From Podarcis liolepis (taxonomy: Eukaryota), in the NCBI GenBank assembly GCA_965112155.1, contig OZ218103.1: a stretch of DNA of 64,000 nt; one strand, given 5' to 3'. The position numbers and the translations under genes are program-made. The notes beneath the pieces were generated by a model. That model worked only from the letters and a program-made list of their open reading frames with translations, made no database searches and was not told the origin of the DNA. Below are positions 1-11,907 of the stretch, in pieces (within the stretch, counting starts at the first letter, position 1; each line of letters begins with the position of its first letter).

Positions 1-2476
1 ATGAGCTTTTGTTGGGGGTGTTGCTGCTGTACAAATGGCATTTGTCTAGTTTGCTAGCAATAGATGGGAGAGTTTCAGCTGAAGCTTGTTGAAAGGATGG
101 AAATGCTCCAGTATCTGTTCCCAAGAGTCAACGGGCTTTTGGCGTAATGGGGTTGGTCCAGTGATTTTTGATGGGAGGTTACCTGAAACTGTACCTATCT
201 GGCTGGCACACTGCCATCATGATCAGGAAGTGGAATTCAAAATTTGTTGCTGCACAGAGTCTGTTGTCTTGAAATATGTTAGCGTTTCCCGGGCAAAACG
301 TGTAATTGTAAACATATACACATTCTCATCTAAATGTGAAACGGGGCTTTTTGGGTATGCATGTTAGTGAATGGATTACTTGATGCCATGTGTCACCAGG
401 CCCTTGTTGATGTGCTCACTGCCCCATACTATTCAATGCTTTATTCACCACGTTCCACAATAAAATACCTATTTTTCATCTGAAATGTGAGGGGCCATTC
501 CTGATAGCTGATAGCTGAGAACACACAGACTCTGGTTATAGATTCTGTCAGTGAGTTAATCTGTGGCGAGGCTAATGCTGGGGGCTCTGCCTTTGGAGCA
601 AAAGGTAGGACTGGCAGTGCGATCCAATGCATGTTTGCTCTGGCATTAGTCCCACTGCAATCACAACTCTCCCAGGTAAGTGTGTATAGGATTGCAGCTT
701 TAATTTTACTGACCCGTTTCAGGTCTACAGTTTTTATTTTTGAAAATTATACTATGGGCACCCAAAACCAAGCACCTACTGCCATTGACTCCAGTGAAAG
801 TGATGTAAGCACTTGCTTAACCATCCAGAATCATAAAATTGTAGAGTTGGAAGGGACCCAAAGGGCTGAACTTTGCCTGGATTGCACCCTTTGTGTTTTG
901 TTTTCTTGCTGCTTTCGTGTGATTATTAGCTTTGCTTGTAAGTTGCCCCGAGAACTTAATGGCAAAGCAACTGATATATATGATTAATAAATGAATACAG
1001 TAACTATGATTTGATAGTGTTGTCGTCTACAGAAGTGTACTCTGAGCAAAAAAATATTTCTAGCCTAGTGAACAATGCCAGTGACTAAATCCTGAGATAA
1101 AAGGTAGAGGTCTCTCTTTGAACAGCTTTTTCAGAAGATGTTTTACAGCAGGGAGAAATACTACATTCCTAACAAGTTTCTTTAAAAATGAATATGAAAT
1201 CTGGGTTTGAAATGCATGTGTCATAGGGAAAGATGTCCACAACCATACACAACGTCTGCAGTCATACAGCCAAATCAAAGTGAAAACTTACTGGCCTGTG
1301 TCAACATTATGACAGAAGATCTGTGCCCAAGTGTGCCCACTTAATGGTACAATGCCAATTCTCTTAAAGGTGCTTCATGTTGCTGGTGTGTACTGATTTA
1401 TTCATTTTTTAATCTACTGCTTTACCTGCCATGGTCCTTACTTGAAATCTGTTGGACAACTTTGTTTTCAAGATTGGTATTTTGGAACTGAGATGCCCCT
1501 GGTGCAATTTAGAATGTCACATCTTATATGAAAACATGCTTTTTCAGCTGTAAAAAAATGAATTTGAAGTTGAGATTTCAAAACCTTGGTGGGGCATACC
1601 ATGAGACTGCATGGATGCAGGATTTGCTCATTAACATGTCATCTGGGTGTCTTACAGACTTTAGATATAAAATAAGAGGGTTTAATTGTCCTCTAATGAA
1701 CATTGGAAAATGTTTGAGAAACCAAATATCTTAGTGGATGTTGTTGAGGAAATGGCACTCTTAGATCTACAAAATCTCAGAGGAGTTATTGTGAGCATCA
1801 AGGTTTGCAAGTTTGTCTCCATTGGGCCTAGGAGCATTCATATGAATGTCCTGCAGAGTGCTTCCTTTCTATTCTGCAACCAACACTTTGAATAGTGATA
1901 TAATGCAGAACCTAGCCATACTTAAGAGCTGAGAGGTTGTGTTATGAAGTTTTTGGGTCCTTTCTCTTTGCCACGGTCATCAAGAAATGACACCCAGGCA
2001 TGCTAGGCAGAAAAAGAGAGCAAGCCTATGTATAAAGGGATGAGCTTGGTTCTCAGTGGCTCACTTGGAATTCTGTGGCATAATTTTGTGTTTGCAGTTG
2101 GGGGGGGCAGACCTACAGTTTGCAAAACCTACTAGTCTTGGGTTTCATCTCCTTTACAGCTGGAGGGCGTCATTCATTATGCAGAAGTGCCATTTGGGTG
2201 ATAGTGGGTAGGAGAATCACATCCAAGTTCCTAAGCTGAGCTTGAATGCATTCAGTGCAGAAATAAAGAAATAAAGGAAAGGGGGAGCAGTTTATCGTAA
2301 TAGCAAGTGGTGGGTGCTGTGTCTTGATAGTTTATTATAACTATAGCCATGCTATCAAAACAGGTTAAGCAATAATTTTTCTTCCCTCCCCACAATCAAA
2401 GAGATTTGTACCTTACCTAGTACCGTGTTTAGAGCTAGAGCATTAGCCACTTAAAAGTGTTCATGAAGAAGATTAA

Positions 2477-2722
2477 AAAGGATTAGGCAAATTAATGGAG
2501 AACAAGACTATCAACAGCTCCTAGCCATGATGGCCATGTTCCATGTCCACTATCAGAGGCAATATGTTCCTGAATACCAGTTGCCCAGCGTTGCAGGAGG
2601 GCAGTGTGCTGTGGCCCTTATGTCCTGCTTGCTGGCTTTCCCTAGGCATCTGGCTGGCCACTGTGAGAACAGGATGCAGGACCAGATGAGACATTGGCCT
2701 GATCCAGCAGGCCCTTCTTGTG
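2477..2722 (+). mobile_element. 3' end of a squamate CR1-type LINE (5'-truncated)
   Basis: ggcatctggctggccactgtgagaacaggatgc...gatccagcaggcccttctt; same family recurs at ~37745, ~43551, ~47005 and ~60320. Boundaries approximate. Confidence 0.65.
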
Positions 2723-2818
2723 GTCTCAATTCTTGTGTGTTTGTTTGTTTGAATGCATGCATGTATGTAAATGTGCAGGGTGACTATGCACCCCAATCTC
2801 TCCAGCCCTAACCTTGTA

Positions 2819-3059
2819 CAGTGCTACCTCAGTTACAGGTGCTTCAGGTTACAGGCGCTTCAGGTTACAGACTCCGCTAACCCAGAAATAGTACCTCGGG
2901 TTAAGACCTTTGCTTCAGGATGAGAACAGAAATCGTGCTCCGGCGGCGCAGCGGCAGCGGGAGGCCCCATTAGCTAAAGTGGTACCTCAGGTTAAGAACA
3001 GTTTCAGGTTAAGTATGGACCTCCGGAACGAATTAAGTACTTAACCCGAGGTACCACTG
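2819..3059 (+). mobile_element. Tc1/mariner-superfamily (pogo/Tigger-like) MITE, copy 1 of 4
   Basis: TIRs cagtgctacctc / gaggtaccactg, TA on both sides (2817-2818, 3060-3061); three near-identical copies elsewhere in the window. Confidence 0.9.
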
Positions 3060-4279
3060 TATTAATTTTCATACTGCTCCAATACCATTTCATAATGAAA
3101 ACTTCCATCTGAACTGGGAGCTGCTGAAAAAGCCCATTACAGGTCTTGGCTGCTGTGACACTGGGAGAGGAGCTAGACTGGAAGGTTTTTGACATTCTGG
3201 TTCTGCACGCTTGACACGCAGAAGCCATACAAATCAGGAACTAGTAAGCCAATCCTCTTTTGTCGATTGCTGGCTGTCAGGGCCAGAAACAGAATTTGAA
3301 AGGTAAGCTGCTGCCTATCTGTACACCCAAAGCTCCTGGTTTGCATTTTATGTTTAGATCTGAGTGTAGAAATTCTCTTAATATTATTCAGGTTTTCCAA
3401 TTCTTAAGAAAGGCTAAGATATCTGTAACTTTTTGGGGGGAGGGGGGAGAAAATCCAATAATATTTTGTCCCTCAGTGAATGTAGCCTGTCTGGCTTGGA
3501 TTTTTCATTTTGTTCCAGACACAATGCATACCCTAGAAAGCTAACAGACCAATCTTAAAATGTCTACTTGGAAGTAAGCCCCATTGATTTCAGTGAGATT
3601 TAACTCTCACAGAAATCTTTCTAGGATTGCAGTTTAAGCAAATGAGTGAAAACGTCACAGTGTAAAGCATGCATAATTACTTTTAGAGAGCTGATTCATT
3701 TATTTTAAATATTGGAATCCCCAGTTGTCTTGGCATCTGAAAAAGAAAAGTTACGTGATGCCAATTTCACAGGTTAATCAGCTTGGACTTCGATCAACAT
3801 TAATTCACCCAACCTCTCCCACTTTTTAATCAATCTGCTCAGTTGCAATCACTCCCTTTGCCTTAATTGAGCTTGCAATTAAACCTAATTTCCTCTCTGG
3901 AAAATGCCCCCCCCCCATAAAAGTTACTGATTTTGCAGGCTGGGTTGAAACTAAATCAGTCCTCACCCCCATCCATACTCATGGGAAGCTAGAGGGGTGG
4001 TGGAGTGTGTTTCAGCAGGGCTGGTTAATGCCTTGATGGCTACCCGCCTGTTGTAGCTTTGAATTTATCAAAATGCTTATTGACACAGTGTCAGTCCCTC
4101 GGTTCCAAAGGCTGGATAGGATTTCCACATAATCTGACCCAGGAATGGCACTCTTGGCAAAAAAGAGAGAAAATAGTCTAGAAGATAGATTTTTGGGACT
4201 CCCCTCCCTCTGGATCTTCCTTGATTGGCTACCACCAGGTAAATAAACTGGATGTGATGTTCTTGTCCTGTGGTTGTAT

Positions 4280-5078
4280 CTGCAAAAATTCCAGTGCTAT
4301 TCTAGGCTGTACCCACGGAAGTATAGTTGGACACAGGGGAAGTAATAGAACTGCTCAATTCTGCCTTGGTCCACTGGCGGAGGAACAGGGGTGCGGGGGG
4401 AGCGGACTGCCCCCAGCAGCACCATTCTGGTAGGGTGCCATTGCGGCAGCTCCCCCGGACACGTGTCACCCCCCTGCGCGCCAGGTGCCATGCCCCCAGA
4501 ACATGCATCATGCCCTCACGGGCAGCATGCCACAACCCCGGGATGTGTGCCACACCCCCGCCTGCTCTCTACACAGTAGCTTCGCCACTGCCTTGGTCAG
4601 ACCACATCTGGAGTACCGCACCCAGTTCTGGGTGACACAGTTTAAGAAGGATATTGACAAGCTGGAACGTGTGCAGAGGAGGGCAACCAAGATGATCAAG
4701 GGTCTGGAAACAAAGCCTTATGAAGAACGGTTGAGGGAATTGGGTATGCTTAGCCTGGAAAAGAGGAGACTGAGAGGAGATATGAAAGTCATCTTCTAAT
4801 ATCTTAAGAGCTGTCACATGGAAGATGGAGCAAGCTTGTTTTCTCCTGCTCCAGAGGCTATGACCTATGTCAATGGATTACAAGAAAGGAGATTCCAACT
4901 AAACACCTGGAAGAACTTTCTGAGGGTAAGAGCTGTTCAGAAGGTGTGGACTCTCCTTCATGGGTGCTTTTTCAACAGAGGTTGCATGCCCATCTGTTAT
5001 AGATACTTTAGTTGAGATTCCTGCATTGCAAGGGTTGGACCATATGACCTTTGGTCCCTTCCAACTCTATGATTCTCT
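4280..5078 (+). mobile_element. CR1 LINE 3' fragment (RT C-terminus plus 3' UTR), interrupted by a hAT MITE
   Basis: Translates to AILGC..GSIV..EVIELL.SALV / [65 protein letters not shown], the typical CR1 ORF2 end; terminates ...cccttccaactctatgattct. Confidence 0.92.
4372..4590. mobile_element. GC-rich hAT-type MITE nested in CR1
   Basis: Perfect 8-bp TSD ccttggtc (4364-4371, 4591-4598); TIRs cactggcggag / cttcgccactg. Confidence 0.9.
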
Positions 5079-5990
5079 AATGCTTTATGGCTACCTGTAA
5101 CCTGCTTCCTCATCCACACCTGTAGTCATCCAGTATCAGCTCATGGGTCATTGCAACACAATTGGTTAATATACTTGGGCTAACTTCCGGTGGTGAAACA
5201 TTATGCAAACGTGATTCATTAATTTTATTTACCTATGATATGTTTTTGTACCCTGCTCTTCCTCTGATCCAGAGTACACTGTGTCAGGCACGGCTCATGC
5301 TGGAGGAAGTACTCAGACTCAGATTTTGTTTTTTGCTAAAAATGTTAATGTCCAAATCTGTACGGCACATGGGACACTGGAGCAGCAGGTGCATGGCCTG
5401 ACCAAGCAAGTGAAGACATTGGTCCATCAGCTAACATAACATAAGGAAGTGGTGCAGGCACAGTTTCAGTGCAGCAAGCAAGATGCGTCTTGGGATTGAC
5501 CAAGAAAGCAGGAACTCCTCCTAGTAAGCTGGACACAAGCTGTCTGTTTGTACTTGTCTGTGTCCTAGGCGACACAGAAGCTCGGAGCCAGACTGGGTGC
5601 CTCCTGGGTAGGCAGAGGTTCATCACTGGGGTTGCTGAAGGTGGTGGTGCCAAGCTCAGAGGTACAGTGGGTGGTATTGGGACTGTGACTGAGGCTGGCA
5701 GGGGGTGGCTTGGCAAGGAGCAGCTGGGTGACAACCTCCCTGGGATCAGAATCCTCACCTACAGTGTCCTCCTCCAGCAGCTCTGATGTTTTTGGAGCAC
5801 AGACACAGCTAGCTCCAACCTGATGAGTCCCTCCCTTAGGTCATCAGCTGGCAACTTTTCAAGATCCTCCCATCCCTTCTTCTGATCTGACCAGCCCCTT
5901 TCAGGACATCTCCTCGGGGCTTCTGACGTAGGACAGCTTCACTCAGTGAACCACTAGAACAACCATCTAAAATAAACAAGGCAATAAAAG

Positions 5991-6333
5991 CAAACCCTCC
6001 AAATGTCCTTATTTTCTAGGGACTTCCCTAATTTAGAGAAGCCATCCCAGTTTCTGATTTGATCCGGAATGTCCCACTTTTCCTTAGGACGTCCCTATTT
6101 TCATTGTAGAAATGTTGGAGGGTATGGAGTTAGCCAACCCCCAAGCCGTCTGGAGGCAATCCTGTATAGGAAAGTTTTTTAATGTTTAATGTTTTATTAT
6201 GTTTGTATATACGTTGGAAGCTGTCCCCAGCGTGGCTGGGGCAACCCAGTAAGATGTGTGGTGTATAAATAGTAAAATTATCATTATGGATTGGGATGTT
6301 CATATTTTCATTGGAGAAATGTTCGAGGGTATG
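5991..6333 (-). mobile_element. Composite non-autonomous DNA element (CA[T/G/A]ACCCTCCAA termini) carrying an internal LINE 3' tail
   Basis: caaaccctccaa at 5991; terminus ttggagggtatg at 6126 and again (ttcgagggtatg) at 6333; LINE-tail-like gtggctggggcaacccag...gtataaata between the two. Confidence 0.7.
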
Positions 6334-6627
6334 TAAAACCATTGCATTAGCAGGGCCAAATTCTACATTAGGAGAATCAGATATGATACATGGCGTCTAC
6401 TTGACTTTTTCCATTTGATGGGCTGCCCAAGATACCTCAAGTTGCTACAAGCAGCATCCTTACTTGGGCTTTCTTGCTGCTTGTGTTAAAGCTGATTCCC
6501 TACAGAAACTAACAACATGGGCCCAAATTCTCTCTGTGCTATTTCAATTCAACTGGACTCTCGTTGTGCTTCCATTCCAGGGACAATACAAGATAAACCC
6601 CATGCTGAGCCCTGGATCTATGGGTAG

Positions 6628-6765
6628 AATATCCTCCAATATTTCTCTGATGAAAATAGGGATGTCCTAAGGAAAAGTGGGACATTCCGAGATCAAATCA
6701 GAAACCAGGGCAGCTTCTGTAAATCTGGGACTGTCCCTGGAAAATAGAGGAACTTGGAGAGTCTG
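6628..6765 (+). mobile_element. Short form of the same MITE family, inverted relative to 5991-6126
   Basis: Reverse-complement match to 5991-6126 (tagggatgtcctaaggaaaagtgggacattcc...atcaaatcagaaac). Confidence 0.75.
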
Positions 6766-8056
6766 GCATCTGTTCCATTCAGAGGCAGCTCAAAATCTGC
6801 TGCCGCCTGAGGCAGAACATCCAAATGGTGTTCCCCACAGTAGTAAAATGACTGAATTAACAGGGAATGTGCTGTCTTGAATGGTACTCCTCATCTGAGT
6901 CACTGTGCCTTAACGTTTAGGACCCGCCTTAGTTCCGATGGCAGCAAAGTTCAGGTGCTAGTCATAGTTTGCATCCCTGCAAAACAACAGCAGCAGGGAG
7001 AAGTCTTGGGAGAGTTTCCCAATGGGAACAAGAGTTAAAACCCCCCCTGCAGGGAGCATGAGGAAGAAGGGCCATCCATGCAGTCTGGCGCCGCAGAGCA
7101 GTAAAACCGCCTTTGGGGAGGCAGCTTGCAAGGTGAGCCAGAGTAAACAGTACATCGTGCCTTAATCTCGAGCTGCCATCAAGATAAGGCAGCAGAGTAA
7201 CCGCCACTTGCCTCGCCCAGTTGTGTGGGCTTCTTTCGTCAACGCACACCTTGGTACCAAGGTGTGTGACTGGCTCGTTTTGAATCATCACAACATCCGT
7301 TAAAAAGAAGGAGACACAAACAAACAAGTGATTTTTTAAAAAATATGTGGGTGGCAGCAAACGTTCTTGCTGCCGCCACCTCCCTCCCTGACTTCCTTGT
7401 CCTGCTCTGCTGCTGGTGCCATCTGAGGCCTGCTGCTTGCCGGTTTGTTTACTAACACTGATGTGCTGTCCATGTACTGCACAGGTGGCTGCTAGCGTTC
7501 GCTAAAGCTCTCTTGTCTATTTCTGGCACCGGCCACTTCGCTTGGCCTCTTTCTCTCTTTCATGTTGCTTCTGGTAATGATAATCGGGCAAGGAATGTCG
7601 TTCTAGGTTGGGAGCTGAGGGTGGCCTCCCCCCCCTTTGTTGGCACATCTGACCATGAGGTTTTGTTTAAAGGGGCAGTGCCCCACGAATATCAGAAGGG
7701 CCACTAATTAAAGCTGATGATTACTGTTATTACTCAGTCTTGCACTGTCTGGCAATCTTCAAAGCAGGTTTGGAAATAACTGCAACATGGACTGTAGAAA
7801 TGTCTGCTTGGTTGAGATACAAATAGACGTCTCTTGCCACACGTTTCCTCTTGTTTATCACAGCAACATTTTGAAACACAGTTGGTCAAGAGTGGAAGAG
7901 CCAGATGATCCATGAAAGCTACCTGCTGATCACATTTCCTGCTCTTAGGTTTGCTTGTTACTCCTTCCAGTGTTAAAATAAGGAAAATGCACCCATAGTA
8001 AGGGATTACTGTATCACTGAGCAAGTGGTACTGATTTAGGAGTTCTGGTATAGTTA

Positions 8057-8314
8057 CCGTATTTTTCGCTCTATAAGACGCACCAGACCACAAGACGCAC
8101 CTAGTTTTTGGAGGAGGAAAACAAGAAAAAAATATTCTGAATCTCAGAAGCCAGAACAGCAAGAGGGATCACTGCTCAGTGAAAGCAGCAATCCCTCTTG
8201 CTGTTCTGGCTTCTGTGATAGCTGCGCAGCCTGCATTCGCTCCATAAGACGCACACACATTTCCCCTTACTTTTTAGGAGGGAAAAAGTGAGTCTTATAG
8301 AGCAAAAAATACGG
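8057..8314. mobile_element. pogo-like Tc1/mariner MITE with CCGTA termini
   Basis: TIRs ccgtatttttcgctctataagac / gtcttatagagcaaaaaatacgg; TA TSD at 8055-8056 and 8315-8316; internal 25-bp perfect inverted repeat. Confidence 0.9.
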
Positions 8315-9492
8315 TAAATTATCCTTGATAATTTACACTCAAATCCCTAGACCACACTGGCTGCCCCGTAGCGAATCAAGTAATGCAATCGCAAAGAATC
8401 CCATAGTAGTATTGAAAGATTTCTGCACATATTTTCCAGAGAAGGGTTCTAGATATAGCATGTGCACCATGCAAGCAAAAGCTGCCTAGGATTGCATTGT
8501 CCTTTATCCTGATGAAATTGTGGACTCTGTGAGGATCGCATTACCATTTCTCAGGTAAACTCCTAATGGCCTCAGTTCTCCTTCAATCCCAAAGAATAAC
8601 TAGGTGGTGAAAGCAGTAAAACTGAGCTTGGCAAACAGTTCTTGTAATCTTGGGCTGCCTTCTCCTGGCCAAGGTGTGGACAAAATTGCTGAGTTGCATC
8701 TTAATGACAGGCTTCAGCCCCAGAACTTCAAAAGCCCTTGGGGGCATAAAAGGGTGTTTAATGACCAGTTGGGAGTGCGCGTGTCTCATTATCTCAAGAT
8801 CATTTCAGGCTTGCGAAATGATGATGATGCTTCTTAACATGGTTACTGCACCTGTTTTTCTGCTGCTTGCAGAAATTAAAGGGAACTGGCTCAATTAAGC
8901 CACGATCTGGGATGGAGACATTCTGGCTGCAGCCTGTCAGGGGGTTCCATCCTCATCTTTGCTGCAGATGTCAGCGTCTCCGGTGTCACTGCAGAGATGT
9001 AGCTCTGTTTATGCAAAGTACAGGCCTAGATAAATATAGTTAGCTCTGTGTTTGGTTTCTAAGTGGTATTTGTATGCTCATTAATGTTAATGCGCACATT
9101 TGCAACTAGATCTGAAGTTGCAGCTATGTAAACGCTGGACTCGGTAAGATAATGCACATTTATTCCCATTCATTTTTTTAATTGCTTTTTTGCATTAATG
9201 ATTCAGACCATCTTGGTGCTAACCAAAATGAGCAATGCAGCTTCTTAAATGTCTGTTGCTGTAAAATTAGAGATTAAATGTGTTTGAAATTTTTGTTTTG
9301 TTTTTAAAATCCTGGTTTATGAACATGGTGTATGTTTCTGGCATGGTGGGTGCATGATTTAGTTTAAGGATGCTTAGGATAACACTTGAGTGAGATGGAC
9401 TGTCAATAGCACCATTGAAGAGGGAAGTGAGTGGAAGGGAAGGCCAAGGAAATGACAGGGAACCTGACAGTGGAAGTATATTTTTCTGGTTA

Positions 9493-9626
9493 CATACCCT
9501 GCAAGTGTCCTGGAAAAAAACAGGACATCCCGTTTTCCCCTTGTGAGAGCATGGCTGCCATTTTGGTTGTGAAATCGAGCAAGATCTCGCATTCCTATTT
9601 TGGGACACAACATGTTGGAGAGTATG
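9493..9626. mobile_element. Short MITE with CATAC(C/T)CT termini, related to the 5991/6628 family
   Basis: cataccctgcaa ... ttggagagtatg termini; flanks ctggtta / ctgtta resemble a decayed TSD. Confidence 0.55.
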
Positions 9627-10123
9627 CTGTTATTGCTTCTTAGGGGCAGAATCTGTTTACTCAGTGGTGGTCTTCCTCACTTCCCGTAGAATCTTTGCAA
9701 AAAGAGCCACTTCTGTTTTCATGGAAACACTGGGAATAAAGTGGGAGTGGGCTGTACTTTATATATATATATATAACTAAGTAAGCACCCAACTGGTTTC
9801 ATGAACCAGGGTTGTAGCCAGCCTTCTTTGTTGGGTGGCTTCTTCTTCTTTTTTAAAAATAGAATAATGAGAAATCATTGATTCCCTCATAATCGACATG
9901 AATAACTTTTTGTCAGTTAGAAAAGTCAAAAAGAGGACCTGTGTATATTTTTCTCTCAGTGCACTCACTGACTATGGCAGTCTGGTGCACCCAAATGAAT
10001 TTTAGAGTTGCGCTCCTTGAACAGCAATTCCCAGGCTACATAACAAAATTCTTTCTGAAAATGAAGGGGAAGGGTGGGGCAAGAGTGGGGCACATATTTT
10101 TCAGGCAAGAGATAAATAGTTTT

Positions 10124-10183
10124 TAGTATAGTATAGTATAGTATAGTATAGTATAGTATAGTATAGTATAGTATAGTATAGTA
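10124..10183. repeat. (TAGTA)12 pentanucleotide microsatellite
   Basis: Perfect tandem array. Confidence 0.95.
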
Positions 10184-11584
10184 AACTAGCTCACCTTTTG
10201 TACAGGTGGACTAGTTTGTATACACACTCACAGACCCCTCTCTATGCCCCGTCCAGGCAAACAAGAGGCATGATCAGAATTCAATGGCACAGTCCAGCTT
10301 GTGCCCCAGGAGGTCACGGTGGAGGGCCGGGGAAGGAGGATGTTTGGGGAAGAGTCCTAAGGGTCAGAAAGAGATGCCTGCAGGGCCATGTTTGGTTCCC
10401 CCAAGCCCAGGTTTCCTTGCCCTTCCTGTAAGGATCTACTATTCAAGAGGGGGAAATAAAAGAAACACACCATGCACTCCCAAGACCTTGGGCACACTGG
10501 CCAAAGGCAGCGTTGCTAATCTGGTCATTTCTCTTATAAGGGAAGGACTATATGGCCAAAACCTTATTGGGATCTTGAAAGTTTTTGAGGAGCGTGCTTT
10601 TTCCTTAAACCATTTAGACAGCAGAAATCCGTTTCGGAACTTTTTACATCAGATTGTAGGGTTTCGGTGTGATGTCCTTGCCTTTTTACAAATGCCCCAT
10701 CTAGGGGCAGTAAAATTCCCACTTTGATGAAGGAGATGCTTGAACATTATTGCACTGAAGTTTATGGAACATCTGGGATATGCTGAGCATATATGTTGGG
10801 TATTAGCCTAAAACCGCTTTAGAGCAGGATTATAGTCAATGGGAGCATTTGAGACTTAGTTGTAAATATAGCCAGGTTTTGAGTCATGTGACTTTTATAT
10901 CTTTATAAGTGAAAGGAACTCCTGGAATTCAGCTTTCTCAAATCAACAGTAAAAGTGTACTCTGAATGTTGAGTTGGGGGTCTTCTGCTTCCACAGCAAA
11001 GGGGAAGGGGCTTTAATAAGCAGAGCCAGACCCTGCAGCATTCAAGAACAGTACTTCATCAGCCATTGTGAACCAAGTTTAGCTAAGTTATGCTATTAAC
11101 TAAGACCAGATATATAAAAAGGGATCCTTTATGTATATCCGTGTATGACTGCTACAAAGCATCCATAAGTTGAACCAGGAAAGCTTTTGAATGTGCTTGT
11201 TCATGTGGTTTTCAGATGGCAGCAGGAAGGAGAGAGTGCCAGTTTTCTCACTTGCATTTGCCAATTTAAAGACTGATTCATATAGCTGTTTTTTTTAACC
11301 TGCCAGCAATGGGATTGCCCTATTGGCAATGAAACTCATGCATGTTGCCATACTATAAACACCTGTCAGTGCCCTCACAGGATTAACTGGCCCAACGAAC
11401 TAGTTAAAATTAATAGTCCTCCTCTCAAGGTAGCTTCAGTCATGGCATCAGCCTGTGATGTTGTCATATGATTCAGCCTTAAATTCATAGGAGATGTTAG
11501 GATCACAGTGTTGAGGATACATACCACCCAGAGGATATAGCCACCCAGAGTGGCTGGGGCAACCTAGTCAGATGGGCAGGGGAC

Positions 11585-11731
11585 CAGTGGCGTAGCATGG
11601 GTTGTCAGCACCCGGGGCAAGGCAAGTAATTTGCGCCCCCTAACCCGTGGATTTGCGCCCCCTAACCCTAACCCCCAGCTGTTGTGCCCTGTGCGGCCGG
11701 CCCCCCCTGCACCCCCCACGCTACGCCACTG
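11585..11731. mobile_element. hAT-type MITE inserted in a LINE 3' tail
   Basis: Perfect 8-bp TSD caggggac (11577-11584, 11732-11739); 17-bp TIR cagtggcgtagc(a/g)tggg; left flank ccacccagagtggctggggcaacctagtcagatgggc is a LINE tail. Confidence 0.9.
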
Positions 11732-11771
11732 CAGGGGACTACTGCTAATACATGTCTTTGAGACTTTACAC

Positions 11772-11907
11772 CAGCCTTCCCCAATCTTGTGCTCTCCAGA
11801 CGTTTTGGATTTCAGCTCCCATCTGCCCCAGCCAGGCTGGCCAGTGGTCAGTGATGATCAGAGTTATAGTCAAAAGCATCTGGAGGGCACTAGGTTGGGA
11901 AAGGCTT
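11772..11907. mobile_element. hAT-Charlie/URR1-like palindromic MITE
   Basis: Termini cagccttccccaa / ttgggaaaggct with internal ctccaga...tctggag symmetry; more diverged relatives near 19880-19985, 20280-20400 and 50895-51030. Confidence 0.6.

Noticed and set aside
5820-5848. CTGATGAG hammerhead core
   Set aside because: No stem II partner or GAAA; only a short ctgatga/tcatcag inverted repeat.
7463-7480. REST/RE1-like motif gtgctgtccatgtactg
   Set aside because: One base short and mismatched in the second half-site.
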